From Conidiobolus incongruus B7586 (Eukaryota), in the NCBI GenBank assembly GCA_000697335.1, contig JNEM01013695.1:1-33542 (forward strand): a stretch of 33,542 nucleotides of DNA, in the 5' to 3' direction. The notes under the pieces are model-generated. The model searched no databases. It saw only the letters and a list, made by a program, of their open reading frames with translations, and was not told the DNA's origin. Of this stretch, positions 10,765-24,265 are shown in pieces. A program made the position numbers and the translations under genes. Numbering within the stretch: the stretch's first letter is position 1; every line of letters starts with the position of its first letter.

Positions 10765-11266
10765 ATGGCTAAACCTGTTAAAATTATTAATCCCGAAGAG
10801 TTAAGAGAATGGATGTATGATACTACGTTGACAGCTGGGTAAACTTAATAGCATCACTTACTGATAATTTTTTGTTAAACTTGGTGTTAGTAAAGATTAT
10901 GTGGTCGTCGATGTTAGAGACGGTGACAGAATAGTAATCAAATAGATATGAATGTAATGAAATTCTAATCCATTTTAGGGTGGTCACATCCTCCATTCTG
11001 TGAATGTACCCGCGCACGAAATTCGCGAGCGAGTCCATCTTCTAGTAGAACAAAATCGCCAAATTCCAAAAGTGATCTTTCACTGTGCTCTGTCTCAGGT
11101 CCGAGGCCCCAAATCTGCTAGGATTTATAACGAAGAGTTGGCAAATTTGGTGGATGCTTCCAATCAACAGGTTTACGTCTTGCGTGGAGGATTCACCCAA
11201 TTTCAGAGATTGTATAGGGATGATCCCAAACTGGTTGAAGCATTCGATAAGGATCTTTGGGATTAG
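10765..11266 (+). CDS. Cdc25-like rhodanese-domain phosphatase / arsenate reductase (Ibp1/Ych1/Acr2 family), ~134 aa, 3 exons (10765-10838, 10891-10933, 10979-11266)
   Basis: Spliced product MAKPVKIINPEELREWMYDTTLTAGKDYVVVDVRDGDRIGGHILHSVNVP...VIFHCALSQVRGPKSARIY...VYVLRGGF. It has the rhodanese motifs VVDVR, GGHI and VLxGGF and the HC(X5)R catalytic loop HCALSQVR. GT-AG introns at 10839-10890 and 10934-10978 keep the frame. Confidence 0.9.
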
Positions 11267-12655
11267 ACAAATATTACAGCGATTTCATTTAATTATTAGG
11301 ATATTATCAAAGTAATTTAATTATTTATAATTCTGCCAATATTAATTATTAATTAAATTTTCCAGTACCTTAAAATAAAAGGACACACTTCAATATTTCA
11401 TTAAGGTGATCATTTTATTTTACAATAATCTTAATTTAATATATTTTAGATTTTATATTTTTAATTTTAAAGTCATTAAATTCTGAATTATTTCAGCCTT
11501 TCTAACTAACTTTTATGAGCTTTTTTATTCATATTAAATAAGTAATCAAAAGCACTAAAGTCTATCCATATTTCCAATTTTATAGCCAAATATCATTAAA
11601 TGAAACATATTGCATTTAATTCACTAGTCATATACAACATCATTTTTTAGGATTTGAATAAATTTCATTTACTTTATTAGAATTGAAGTTATAGGATTGG
11701 AAAAATAATTTATGAGGATTTGGCTAAATCTGATCTTGTTTATTAAGTGAATAATAAGAATGGTATTTATACTGAATTGAAGCTAAAAAGGAGTAACAAT
11801 TGATTTGTAATCAGTAATTATCCCCATTACTGTATTGAGTAGCTAGGTGTATATGTTATTGAAATATAGAATAGAATGAATCAATTGTATGATTAGTAAT
11901 GATGTTCATATCTCATATTTGTTGGTCTAACAACTTAATTATAATTTAGAATCATACCTTATTGACTTGAGACTCGTCAAATTAATGTAACAATATAATT
12001 TTAAGTGTTATTAATTATTAGAACTTTCATATAGTTATGTTTTGATCATGGGGTTAAAATATCATGGTATAAACCAATTTGCTGAATTGTTTAATTTTGT
12101 TAACTGGAAAAATGAATATATAATGTAGTTTTTCGATTCAAATTCCTGTTAATATCATTATTCTTAATATATAATACTTCTATTCATTAAACTATTTAGT
12201 GATAAATTAATTGATGGGTGAAAGTAGTATTTAACTAATGATATTTCAGATAAAACCAGTAGCAGGTGATTTTAAAATTTGAATATAATTTTATTACCAT
12301 TGTCATATTACCACATATAATTGAATCAAATAAATTATCATTTATACAGTGTGAGATTTTAATTGAAGTATCGTACTATTTGAAATATAAGACATTATTT
12401 ACAACTATTACAATTTTGATTTCCTATTTCATAAATTTTTCATTTTTTTAAAAGATAGGATTTATTAAATATAAATATAAAAAGCTAACAACTTCACAAT
12501 TCTCCTAAGTCTTATCATCAATAATATTAGAGTTTATATTATAATTGAACCTAACAATAATTATTATAATACTAATATTTATTATATATGTACATTGTAC
12601 TATATAAGAAAAGCTAAATAATAGGTATTTTAAAAAGAATTTTTTTTTGCAAATA

Positions 12656-14170
12656 TTAATATCTTTTAACGAATTTAACTTTCATCCTATCACTCTTAGG
12701 CTTATATAAAAAGTGAAGGACTGGGGTCAATCCTTCAGGCTCATCCAAACTCATCCGAAATTGCCTGATCAACTTCACTAATACTAGATAAATTTCAGAC
12801 CATGCCAAATCTCTGCCAACGCAGCCTCGGGGGCCCATACTAAATGTTAATAATTTGCTCTTATTCTCCTCTCTTTCAGGTCCTAACCAACGATCGACAA
12901 TAAATTCCTTGGGACTTTCGAAATAGTGTGGATCGTGGTGATATGTATATACGTGGAAAACGACCGATGTCTAAAATAAAATATATGAGAAAAATATCAT
13001 CTAAATATATGTTAAACTTACGTCTTCGGGGATGAAATGACCATCGAGAGTAACGCCATCTTGAGGAACTTTCTTAAACATGGGACCGCCAGCAACAGGA
13101 TGTAATCTCATAGCTTCTAAAATTGTAGCTTCTAGGATTGGAAGATCACTTTTACACTTTTCAACTGTTGCAACTTCGTCAGGGTTAGGGAAAACTGATA
13201 AAATTTCATTTTCAACCTTTTCGTACAGTTCGGGACGCGTCAAGATTTCATATAAAACCCAAGTCAAAGTATTTGCAGTAGTATCCATACCTGCAAATAA
13301 TAAAGTCACGCATTCGTCTACAATTTCAATATCGGAAAGATGGCTTCCAGATGCCGGATCTTTTGCGTCCATTAAACTTTGTAAAATGTCTTCATTCCTT
13401 AAACTTGGATCTTCTCTCCTTGATTTGATGTTCTTGAGAATCATTGGCTCAAATAGGGTAAGGATAGGATAAGCGAATAAAGTGAAAAAAGAAGGCCATA
13501 AAGCTCTCAAAAAGATAAGCAATTGAGTCCATTTCAATTGTTTCATGTAGTATTCTGCCTTTTTGCAATCTAAAATACAGTTGAGGTTTTGGCCAAATAC
13601 CAACTCGCTGATGACATCGAGAGTACTTCGGTGGAATAAACTATACATATCCACAGTAACTTCATTACCAGTTCTCATGCTATCTGTAATAAATTTTGCC
13701 AAATTTTCTGATCCCGCCTTGTAAATAGTAGGCTCCATCTTAGCCAAGCTCTTATTGTTGAAAGCAGGCGCAACCAATCTCTTTCGAATTTGATGAAATC
13801 CCTTTTCGACAGTGGAAAAAATGGTTGGACCTCTAAAGTTGAAGATAAAGTAGCTGTCGTCCTTAGTGAATTTGTAAGTGAGGAGCCATTTCCTCGCGCT
13901 GAGATCGTTCACCAGCACCAAATCTTTGCCAACCACTGCAACTGGCCCGTGCTCTTTAACAATATCTAAATATAGTCCTGGATCTCCCGTAACTTCCTTC
14001 CACATGAGTTCTAAATACGCGAAAAATGGATTCTTAGGCTTTGGCAAATGACTCAATTTTGACAAGTAGAACGGATGGTAAATATTTGTATAGTACCAAA
14101 AACTAATCCCTCCGATGGCTAATACTGCAGAGACTGACAAACAGTCCATTAAAGTTATAGTCGGTAGCAT
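12656..14170 (-). CDS. Cytochrome P450 (copy A), 487 aa, 2 exons (14170-13022, 12970-12656)
   Basis: N-terminal membrane anchor and Pro-rich hinge (LPKPKNP), I-helix AGMDTT, K-helix EAMR, heme motif FSMGPRGCVG. A 51-nt GTAAGT...TTTAG intron (12971-13021) joins the two ORF-track fragments in frame. Confidence 0.96.
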
Positions 14171-16040
14171 TGTGTTATCTAATTTTTGATATTTATTATG
14201 TTACAATTTTTTTGTACTTTAATCCCATGAAAACCCAATCCTTTATATAGTTATTAAAGGATAATGCATTCCAATGTACACTAATTCTGATATCCAACTC
14301 ATCATCACCTAATTCTCTATCTGAATTTTTTAGTTTCTTGAAACCTTAATTTAGATAAAATATTCATTTCAAAATCACGTTTCGATCATTGATTAATAAC
14401 TCGTTATTTTAATCAACTCTCAATTTCCTAATTTATCCCAAAATCTATGAATTTCGCCGTGGAATGTATCTCTATAGCAGAATATATAATTTTTGCTAGT
14501 GACACTTGAATTCAAGTATGATATCATCATAATAACGCAGCCTATTGAGATTATTCTATTAATTGAAAAAAAGAAAATAATTGAAAGATTCTAATTTTTG
14601 ATAAAATTTTTATTAATACAATTGATAGAAATAAGTTGAATAATTTTAATAATCTAAACAAAAATATTTATATGTATTATTATTAATCAGTTTTATGAAA
14701 TTAATTTATTTCAATTAAGATCATTCAACGCAATTATGAATCTAATTTATTTGATTAAATATATTGAAATAAAATTTAGTTGAACAATACCAATTCAATA
14801 ATAAATATTATTTTAAAGTTATCATATTATTCTAAATTTTAATACTTTTGTATATAGTAGATTTATCAAATAGATTTTATTCTGAAATTTTCAATTTTTA
14901 AATAGTATTATTTCATTAATATTAAATCGAATAATTGATCTTTGGGATTAATTAAAACAATTATAACTAGGATATTAATATAGATTTATTATGTTCCTAA
15001 TTATGAAATATTATATGAATACACCAAACTCTATATACAAAATATTAATTTATATCGTTTTGTAGATTGACATAAATGAAATATTTATTAATTATTAATA
15101 GAAGATTAGTTCAGTTATTCATTTTTTTATTATACTGTATGTTTTTGGTACTCGAATAATTTAATAATTTTTATAATAATTATTATTATGAGATTTTGAA
15201 GTAAATTAAATACTGTTCCAAAGAAATATAAATCAAAATAGACACCTTTCAAATTATTATAGAGCTAATATATAATACCTTTTTCAATTTAGTTAGGGGA
15301 TGTTTCATTACAATATTTCACTTTAACAGTTTAACTTTTTCAAATTCAAGGTTTTTTATATTTGAAATTCAAATCCATAAAAGGATATATTTGTAATTTT
15401 GAAAAGATCAGGATATTATCAATTCAATTTATATTCGCTGTAAATTATTAATTTCTCGAGTATTTATAAAAAAACAAGATTAAATTTTTCTCATAATTTT
15501 ATTTATGATCTTTTTGAATTTTAGATATTGTACGCCCAAAGATTTAAATTAAATATCAAATATCAAATATCAAATACTGATAAAATTGTTATTAGTTATA
15601 TAAAAATATTTTTTCATTTAAATATTGAAAATATATTAATATATTAAATTCATTCATTCCATAAATATTTCGAAGAATAATTGAAACTTTAAATTAACAT
15701 TCAAAGAAAATTTCAAATTTGATGTATTAAAGAATGATTGATATTTAAATGATTATAAATCATTTTAGAATATCAAAAATTTAAATGATTTATAAAAGTT
15801 TAATAAGTATCTTTCAAATATATATATAATGACCTAAAACAAATATTTTAAATAGAATATCTAATGAAATGAACCATAATAATTGACTAGTGATATATTA
15901 TGATGAAATCATATATTATAGTGGTTTGTCATAAAACCTTCAAACCTAGTAAAATTTATTAAAATGTCAAATAAAAATAAATCTATTGTTATTATGGATT
16001 TATTATAAGTTATAGATTTAATTTTTTTGCTATATAATTT

Positions 16041-16094
16041 ATTAATATATATCTATTAATATATATCTATATATATCTATATATATATATATAT
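16041..16094. repeat. Imperfect (TA)n microsatellite
   Basis: attaatatatatctattaatatatatctatatatatctatatatatatatatat. Confidence 0.75.
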
Positions 16095-17774
16095 TTAATA
16101 GCTTACTTTAAAACCAGTAATTTAAAAATAAAATGAAATTTATCCAATTATTCAATATTTACACTTTTTTTACAGATTTTAGTACGCAATTAACAAACAA
16201 AGGAATTTATTATATATTATATACTTAAAATTGGTTGCATTCATTTATATATAAGATTTAGAGGGTATACAAATTTTGATAATCTGAATATTGCTGAATA
16301 ATAATAATATTTAGCTTAATTAAATATTACAATTATTCAATCAAAAGTTATATAAATTAAAATTAATAATCGAAAATGTGACTAACTGGATAGTATTATA
16401 TTTATATATCATTTTTTAAAATATTGATAGATATTTTATATATTGATAATCAATCCTTCAAATATAGTGTTATCTTTAGATATCAATCAATGTTAAAAAT
16501 GATTTTAAAATCATACAATTTGAATTTAATATGAATTTATCAGATTCCTAGAATATGTATATCTAATAATTATTATGTATTTATACAAATGTATAAAACC
16601 AAATATATCATCTATATTTTGTTAAGAATATTAACTCTAATTTGAATTTTATAAAAAAAATATTCATACTATTGTTTATTATTACGGATTTTTATTGCAT
16701 TACTTAAATACCTTAGTAATATACAGTTTATTAAAAAAGTTTATATATTTGATATTATTTGATATATCCATTAGATGAAATATCATAATCACTTAACGAT
16801 AATATCAGAATTTAATTATTATATACAGAAGTCTTATTTAAAACAAAAAATGTAAAATTTTAATTTCCCAAATTCAAACAATATATTATTTAACTAAAAT
16901 ATAGCAATTAATATATACTAGTAGGTAATAAATAAATTTTAAATCCAAAATTTATTTGTCATCTTAATTCCAATATCGGAATATTTATAGAAAAATACTA
17001 TTGCAAAAATTACATAAATTATTCATTATGATTCATAAATAAAGATATATAATTTTTAAAACTTAGATACATTCAATATTCTATGATTTCATCTAAAATA
17101 TATATGTTAAAATATATAAAGTTATAAATTACAAGATTAATTTAGATTGTACTTAATATTGAATTATTAAATGGAAATATCGTTGTGATTGGATAATTAT
17201 ATAAAATTTTTGATAATAAAGAGATTTTATATAATACTTTATAAAATATTTATAATAATCATTTGATTACTTAATCAATTATTGCAATATTATTTGAGAA
17301 TAACTAATGGTTGATTTAAATCATTTTTAACATTGAAAACATTATACTAATAAACTAAAAAAGATATTATTAAATACTTTGAATTATACTAACAAAAAGC
17401 TTGATTCATTAATAATAATACGATCACCAAATAATACCAAAAATATAAGATATCTATTGATACAAATTTGGTATTGAAAGATCTTCATAATTTATTAGCT
17501 AATTTAAGATTTTTTTTATTTAAATTTGCATAAATTTAAATAGGAATATTAAATCTAGAAACTATTCAGAATGTGTTCATTCGTTTCACCATTTATATAA
17601 TTTTTAATTTTAAATAATGAACCAAAATTGTTAAAATTAAATAACACAGTTATAACTATTAATCAACAGTATTAATTAGCATATAATCATTTTAATATTA
17701 TATCTTAATTTATAATCGAGATTATATGATTGATATATTCTAATAATTTGAATTTTTTGATATCAAAAATACAA

Positions 17775-17813
17775 AATAATAATAATAATAATAATAATGA
17801 TAATAATAATAAT
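17775..17813 (+). repeat. (AAT)n microsatellite, ~13 units with one interruption
   Basis: aataataataataataataataatgataataataataat. Confidence 0.8.
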
Positions 17814-18437
17814 CCTTAAAATACAAAATAATTAATTAATACTTGATTTGAATAAAAAAATAAAATTTATATATTACAATATATATTTTCACGAATTACA
17901 AATTAGTAATAGGAGTAAATTATATATTTATTTTGGAATATTAATATTTAATTTAAATTTTTAGTAAAATAATATAATCTATCCTCAATCTATAAAACAT
18001 TTTAAGAAAAATTAACTTTTTTCAATAAAAAAAAATATTTATATATTAATATTGACATCACTCACTTTAAAATTTTACCAAAATAGTAGAATTGTGAATA
18101 TTAGATACTTTGAACACTAATTCGTTTATCGGGAAAATATTTTTTATTCATTCAAATTTAGTAATTAATTAATTTAAAATTTTTTAAAAAATTAAATTTG
18201 ATTAAAAATGCTAGTCACAAGTGTTGACATTACCAAATTTAATACAATAGATTCATTCTATTGATATTATAATTTTCAAAGGGATCAAATGGAAAGTTGC
18301 TGGTGTCATTTTGATACTCATTTTTAGGATTAGATAAGTTTTAGATTATACTTATAAAAGGGATTAATCACTAATATCAATTTTTTAGTTAATCTTATCC
18401 AATTTTAAAGAGTGAAAAAATATATATTATTATAACA

Positions 18438-19956
18438 ATGCTTCAAAGTTTTAATATAACTGATTGGTTGACTATTGGCGCTACTTTGGCAATTGGCGGA
18501 GTTTTCTATTGGTATTATAGCAATATATACTATCCGTTTTATTTGTCGAATTTGAGTCATTTACCAAAGCCTAAAAATCTTTTAAAAACATATTTAGAGT
18601 TATGGTGGAAGGAAATTGACGGCGACCCTTATTTGTTTTTAGATATTGTCAAGGAATGTGGTCCCGTTGCACTTATCGGCAAAGATTTGGTATTAATGAA
18701 CGATCTCAACGCTCGCAAATGGCTCCTCACTTACAAATTCACTAAGGACGACAGTTACTTTATCTTCGACTTTAGAGGTCCTACTATTTTTTCCACGACT
18801 GAAAAAGAATTTCACCAAGTTAGAAAGAGATTAGTAGCTCCCGCTTTCAGTAACAAGAATTTGGCAAATATGGAACCAACCATCTATAAAGTGGGCTCTG
18901 AGCATTTAGCCAAATTTATTACAGATAGCATGGGAACTGATAATGAGGTCACTGTAGATATGTATAGCTTGTTCCACCGAAGTACTCTAGATGTCATTGG
19001 TGAGTTGGTATTTGGTCAAAATCTCAACTGTATTTTAGATCGCAAAAAGGCAGAATACTATATGAAAGAATTGAAACGAACTCAATTACTACTCTTTTTG
19101 AGAACTTTATGGCCTTCTTTTTTCACTTTATTCGCTTATCCTATCCTTACCCTATTTGAGCCAATGATTCTTAAGAACATCAAAGCAAGGAGAGAAGATC
19201 CAAGTTTAAGGAATGAAGACATTCTGCAAAGTTTGATAGATGCTAGAGATCCTGCCACTGGTTCCAACTTGTCAGATGTTGAAATTGTGGATGAATGTGT
19301 GACCTTGTTATTTGCCGGTATGGATACTACTGCAAATACTTTGACTTGGGTTTTATATGAAATCTTGACACGTCCCGAACTGTACGAAAAGGTTGAAAAT
19401 GAAATTTTATCAGTTTTCCCTAACCCTGACGAAGTTGCAACAGTTGAAAAGTGTAAAAGTGATCTTCCAATCCTAGAAGCTACAATTTTAGAAGCTATGA
19501 GATTACATCCTGTTGCTGCTGGATCGATGTTTAAGAAAGTTCCTCAAGGTGGTGTTACTATAAATGGTCATTTCATTCCAGAAAATGTAAGCATTATTAT
19601 TGAATTCAAATTGAATTACTATTAACATAATAATTATATAGACATCAGTTAATTTCCATGTAATTACATTCCATCACGATCCTGATTACTTTGAAAATCC
19701 TAAAGAATTTATTATCGATCGCTGGTTGGGACCTCAAAGAGAAGAGAACAAGGGTAAACTTTTAACTTTTAGCATGGGACCAAGAGGTTGCGTTGGCAGA
19801 GATTTGGCTTGGTCCGAAATCTATCTTGTAATAGTCAAGTTGATTAGAGAATTCAAAATGACTTTGGATGAGCCCGAAGGATTAACTCCAGTCCTTCACT
19901 TTTTATATAAGCCTAAGGGTGATAGGATGAAAGTTAAATTCGTTAAAAGATATTAG
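18438..19956 (+). CDS. Cytochrome P450 (copy B, inverted paralogue of copy A), 487 aa, 2 exons (18438-19586, 19642-19956)
   Basis: Same motifs (AGMDTT, EAMR, FSMGPRGCVG). A 55-nt GTAAGC...ATAG intron (19587-19641) sits at the same codon as in copy A, and both exon lengths (1149 and 315 nt) are identical. Confidence 0.96.
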
Positions 19957-22352
19957 TTGGTTGAAATGATTTGTACTATTAATAATTATTCTTATTATTT
20001 AAATAAACACTCTAGTTGGTACTCTAAAATTTTTTCAAATTTACCGCTTAAGTTGATGTATTACAATTTTTTAAACCATTTTTGTCATAATATTTAATAT
20101 TGATATTAATAATTTTTTTTAAAATATATTACTAAATATTATATTATAATTTATTGATTAGAAATAAGGAGAGTAAAATGACCAAAATTTGAATTTTGAA
20201 ATCTCATAGATTGGGATAATGTTCATATGAAATTTATTTCAAGAACATTACTATAATTTATGTGATAAAAGAATTGAAAAAAAAAATAAATAGATAGGTA
20301 ATGGAAATGATATTTTAATTTATATTTTTTTATTGAAATATTTTTAATAATTTGTACAATTTTTAAATGACGTGATTTAAAAAATAATTTAAAATTGTTC
20401 ATAATAATTCATTTTTAAATATTAAAATTTGAACTAATATTTCATTTACACCCTTTGAATCTGAAAATTGTATTTCATAAAAGTTGTAAGATGAACTTAA
20501 AAATCTAAACTTCAAGCTTAATCTTCGTAAATATATTGAATTTTGATATATTGATTGAAATCCTATATCAGAGATTTATTTCAAAAAATTATTAATAAAT
20601 TATACCAGAAACATAAGAGAATTGTTATATAGATATATCAGATTTTATAATCTTTCAAATAAATAATAACAAATTTCATACAATATATATATATATATAT
20701 ATAATTTTTTGAACTATTTTTCAAGCTAAATATGATAAGAGTGTAAATCTTTATAAATATATTGGATATATAACTTAAATTAATTAATAGATATTGAAAA
20801 GTTAAAATTATATATTTAAATTGATTTCAATACTTATTTTTTGATATAATAAACTATTTTAAATTTGAATTAATCAAAATTTGATAAATTTACACCAATT
20901 AAAATACAATTTAAAAATTAGTAATAATAGATAATGACTTAATTAATTGTAATATATTAATAAAATCATCATCAAATATTGTTTTTACACTAAAGCTTGA
21001 AATTATAATTTATTACTCAAAACTTTTTAATTCAAAGACTCTATAAAAAATAAAATAAGGTACTTCTTATATGTTATTTTTAAAAAAACCTTATTTCATA
21101 AATATTAAAGTTTTTCCCGATTTTACATATATTATAATTTCAAGGAATTAAATAAAATCATAAAATTATATAAAATATGATCACACTGTTTCAAGATTTT
21201 ATAATATTATTTTTAGACATGTATAATAAATTAAATATTTAGTTTATACTATGACCTTAAGATAAGACTGTAAAATTTAAAAATGGATTTTTATAAGAGT
21301 AAAATGAGTATTCTGAATTCAAATTTTCAATTAAAGCACTGGACATATATTTATTGTGTATAAAATATTTAAAATATTTATACATATGGAAACACATAAT
21401 TAAAAAATTTTGAGTTGAGAAATAATTTCAAATTAAATATAGCATATTACGAATTTGACATCATTATGTATCCAATTTAATATTTACTATTTATATTAAA
21501 ATCGATTAGGATTTAATTATAAATCAATTAAGTTAAAAAAATTATCACCTCATTTTAAATATAAAATTTTTAATCAATCAAAATATTAATATTTATAGGT
21601 AAATATATTTATCCATTAATATTTATTTTACATCAAAAGAACTAATTAAATTTTCAAATTTATTTCATACTATGCTCAATTTAATTATTTACATATCAAT
21701 TTGAAAAGAATTTTAAGGTTCAATCTTTGTGAAGGTCATGCATGTACTAATATATATAATTATTAATTTTTAAATCATTATTAAATCATTTACATAACCT
21801 AATCAAAGAATATTTTTAATTATTATTATAAAATATTTTTTTAAAATCCTTTTTTTCATCAATTTTCTCATTAGAATGAAAATTAGTATATTAGTAATAA
21901 AATAATAAATTTTTAATAGAATTAATCCATAAGTCTATTTATCAAGGAATAAATATAAAAAATACTCTTGACTCTTTTAATATATTCATAATATATTATT
22001 ACATGTTATAAAAATGGATTTGTTTATGGTTTAACATCTTTGGATTCTTTTAACATAGGATAATCAATAAGTTGTTTTTCACTTTATATTCATAGCATTT
22101 GAATAAGTTGTATCATTATTTACATAATTTTATATATTTGCCCTATTGGATACTTTGGATATATATCAACCATGATAGTATTGAAAATACACTCGCTATA
22201 TGTAAATTGATAGTAAAATATATAACCATACGTAATTGATCGAACATTTTTTATATTCCTTTATAACAAGTCTAATATAATTGTACAGAACCTCATTATT
22301 TGGATATTTAATAGCTTAAGGATTTTATCAATTACTTAGAAACATTACTCTT

Positions 22353-22760
22353 AAAAGTCAGTTTTTTCAATTTAATCCAGTTTTCATTATTTATATTGTA
22401 AATTAATTAAATGAGATTAAAAATCTCATCAATCAAATAGTGAGTGACAATTGAAGAAAGATTGATGAGAATAAACTTTAATAAAAATTAAATTCTATAA
22501 TAAAAATATTTTTTTTGAAAATTTATTAAAAAAAAATAAAAAAAATATTTATAAATAAAAATAATTTAATTATAATTTTTAATATTAAACTATTCAATAA
22601 TTTTAATAAAAATTAATATTTTTGAATATTCAAATATTTTAATCAATTCAAAATCAAGATATTTTTAATTATGACAATATTATTTAAGTCATGTGAAATC
22701 ACTCAATTTAATTAATTTATCCAACCACAATATTGAATAAATCATTTTTTGGTATATAAA
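22353..22760 (+). promoter_or_regulatory. Putative promoter of small secreted protein copy 1
   Basis: AAAAGTCA 22353, ATTAATTAAATGAGAT 22402, GTCATGTGAAAT 22688, ATTAATTTATCCAACCAC 22711, TATATAAA 22753. The boxes recur at matching distances upstream of copies 2 and/or 3. Confidence 0.6.
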
Positions 22761-22814
22761 TATTCAATATAATTCAAATACTGAAATTAAAATTGAATAA
22801 ATCCCAAAATAATC

Positions 22815-23135
22815 ATGAATCCTCTGTTTTTATTAACCTTCTTAACTAGTCTCTACACCGCTGTCTATTTCTACCAATGCCACTATAAAGGTGTTGCAGG
22901 TGTTGGTGGTACTTACGACCTGTACAAAAAATGCAAACCCTCCAGTATGTACATGTGGGAATGGTCCAACGGTGTTGGTGGTATTGCCACACTTGGCACT
23001 GGTGGCAAGCCAATTGATTGTCTCAAAAGCGGATGCAAAAAATTCAACAATCAATTGAGACGTCGTGATTGTTCCAGGTACAATAACGATTCTGAGAAAT
23101 GCGATCGTTGGTATGACAACTGGATCAATATTTAA
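22815..23135 (+). CDS. Small secreted cysteine-rich protein, 106 aa (copy 1), unknown family
   Basis: Hydrophobic signal peptide MNPLFLLTFLTSLYTA and 6 Cys. It forms a GC-elevated island, has aatcATG context and AATAAA 19 nt after the stop, and has two equal-length paralogues with many synonymous changes. Confidence 0.92.
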   Translation: MNPLFLLTFLTSLYTAVYFYQCHYKGVAGVGGTYDLYKKCKPSSMYMWEWSNGVGGIATLGTGGKPIDCLKSGCKKFNNQLRRRDCSRYNNDSEKCDRWYDNWINI

Positions 23136-23495
23136 AACCTTTTTCTAGTGCGTAATAAACTATAATTATAATACCTGATTTCACTTTATCTGTGATTATC
23201 TTAAATATCATTTATAATTGATTATACGATTGAAAATGAATATGTGTTTAATGCAATTTAAATCTAAACACATAAAAAATTAAAATAATTATTTGTTAAT
23301 TTTGGCAATATATACATTACTCATGATTGAAAGTTCACTATATGATTGATATTAATAAATATTTGTCCCTCCATCAAAGGTTGAAAAAGCTGAAACCTTT
23401 GCAGGTGGGATTCTAGAATTTTTTGAAGCATATCATATTTTTATTATATCAAACTTTGATAATCTTGGGGTAATCACATACAAAAAAAAGTCTCA

Positions 23496-23895
23496 AAAAG
23501 TCAATTTTTTGAGTTAATCTCGTTCAAGTTAGTGTGGACCACATTTTATTAATTAAATGAGATTTTTAGTTTGGTTAATCAATTTGTATTCAGATAATAA
23601 GCATTAGAAATCCTATAATGAGAATTTCTATTATTAAATTTTCACTCTTTTTAAATTAAAACTTTGAAAAAAATGTATAATAAACTTCAAAAATAAAAGA
23701 AATAAGCATTAAATTATGATAATGTAAAGGTGTTTATATATAAATCAATATTGTGTATATAGTCATTAATTAACTTTAAAAATATACAATTATGTTATTT
23801 ATATGTATGATGAAATAATTTTGGTCATATGAAATGGTTTACATTAATTAATAAACCCACCCATATTAAACAAACATTGGTTTTTTGATATAAAA
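23496..23895 (+). promoter_or_regulatory. Putative promoter of small secreted protein copy 2
   Basis: AAAAGTCA 23496, ATTAATTAAATGAGAT 23548, GTCATATGAAAT 23824, TATAAAA 23889. Confidence 0.55.
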
Positions 23896-23944
23896 AATTG
23901 AATTTGTAAAATAATTGAGACAAAATAAAATTAATTTGATAATC

Positions 23945-24265
23945 ATGAATCCTTTATTTCTATTAACCTTCTTAACCAGTCTCTACACTGCTGTCTACTT
24001 CTACCAATGCCACTATAAAGGTGTCGCTGGTGTTGGTAATACTTACAACTTGTACAAGAAGTGTAAACCTGCTGATCACTGGATCTGGCAGTGGTCCAAC
24101 AATATTGGAGGCATCGCTACTGGTGGTACTGCTGGTGCACCCATCGATTGTCTCAAGAAGGGATGCAAGGGCTACAACAACGAATTGAGACGTCGTGATT
24201 GTGTCTGGTACAATAACAGCAAGGACAAATGTGACGGCTGGGATGGCGGCTGGTTGACTGTTTAA
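23945..24265 (+). CDS. Small secreted cysteine-rich protein, 106 aa (copy 2)
   Basis: The true start is the ATG at 23945, with the same aatcATG context and length as the paralogues; the track's TTG extension from 23915 is an artefact. Signal peptide, 6 conserved Cys, AATAAA at 24284. Confidence 0.92.
   Translation: MNPLFLLTFLTSLYTAVYFYQCHYKGVAGVGNTYNLYKKCKPADHWIWQWSNNIGGIATGGTAGAPIDCLKKGCKGYNNELRRRDCVWYNNSKDKCDGWDGGWLTV

Noticed and set aside
10823..11315. ORFs 10823-11038 (-) and 11085-11315 (+)
   Set aside because: They overlap the spliced Cdc25-like gene on another strand or frame and have no independent support.
12072..12157. Faint resemblance to a decayed tRNA-Ser (aatttgctgaattgtttaa...gattcaaattcctgttaatatca)
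   Set aside because: The A/B boxes are degenerate and I cannot fold a cloverleaf. It may be chance in AT-rich DNA; a tRNAscan-SE/Infernal pseudogene score would decide.
12266..12451. 61-aa ORF
   Set aside because: GTG start and an Ile/Phe/Tyr-biased translation typical of AT-rich non-coding DNA.
13080..13472. 130-aa plus-strand ORF
   Set aside because: Antisense shadow of P450 copy A.
22842..23054. 70-aa minus-strand ORF
   Set aside because: Antisense to miniprotein copy 1.
23375..23401. Hairpin CAAAGGTT-N11-AACCTTTG
   Set aside because: A single 8-bp stem, not conserved near the other copies and expected by chance.
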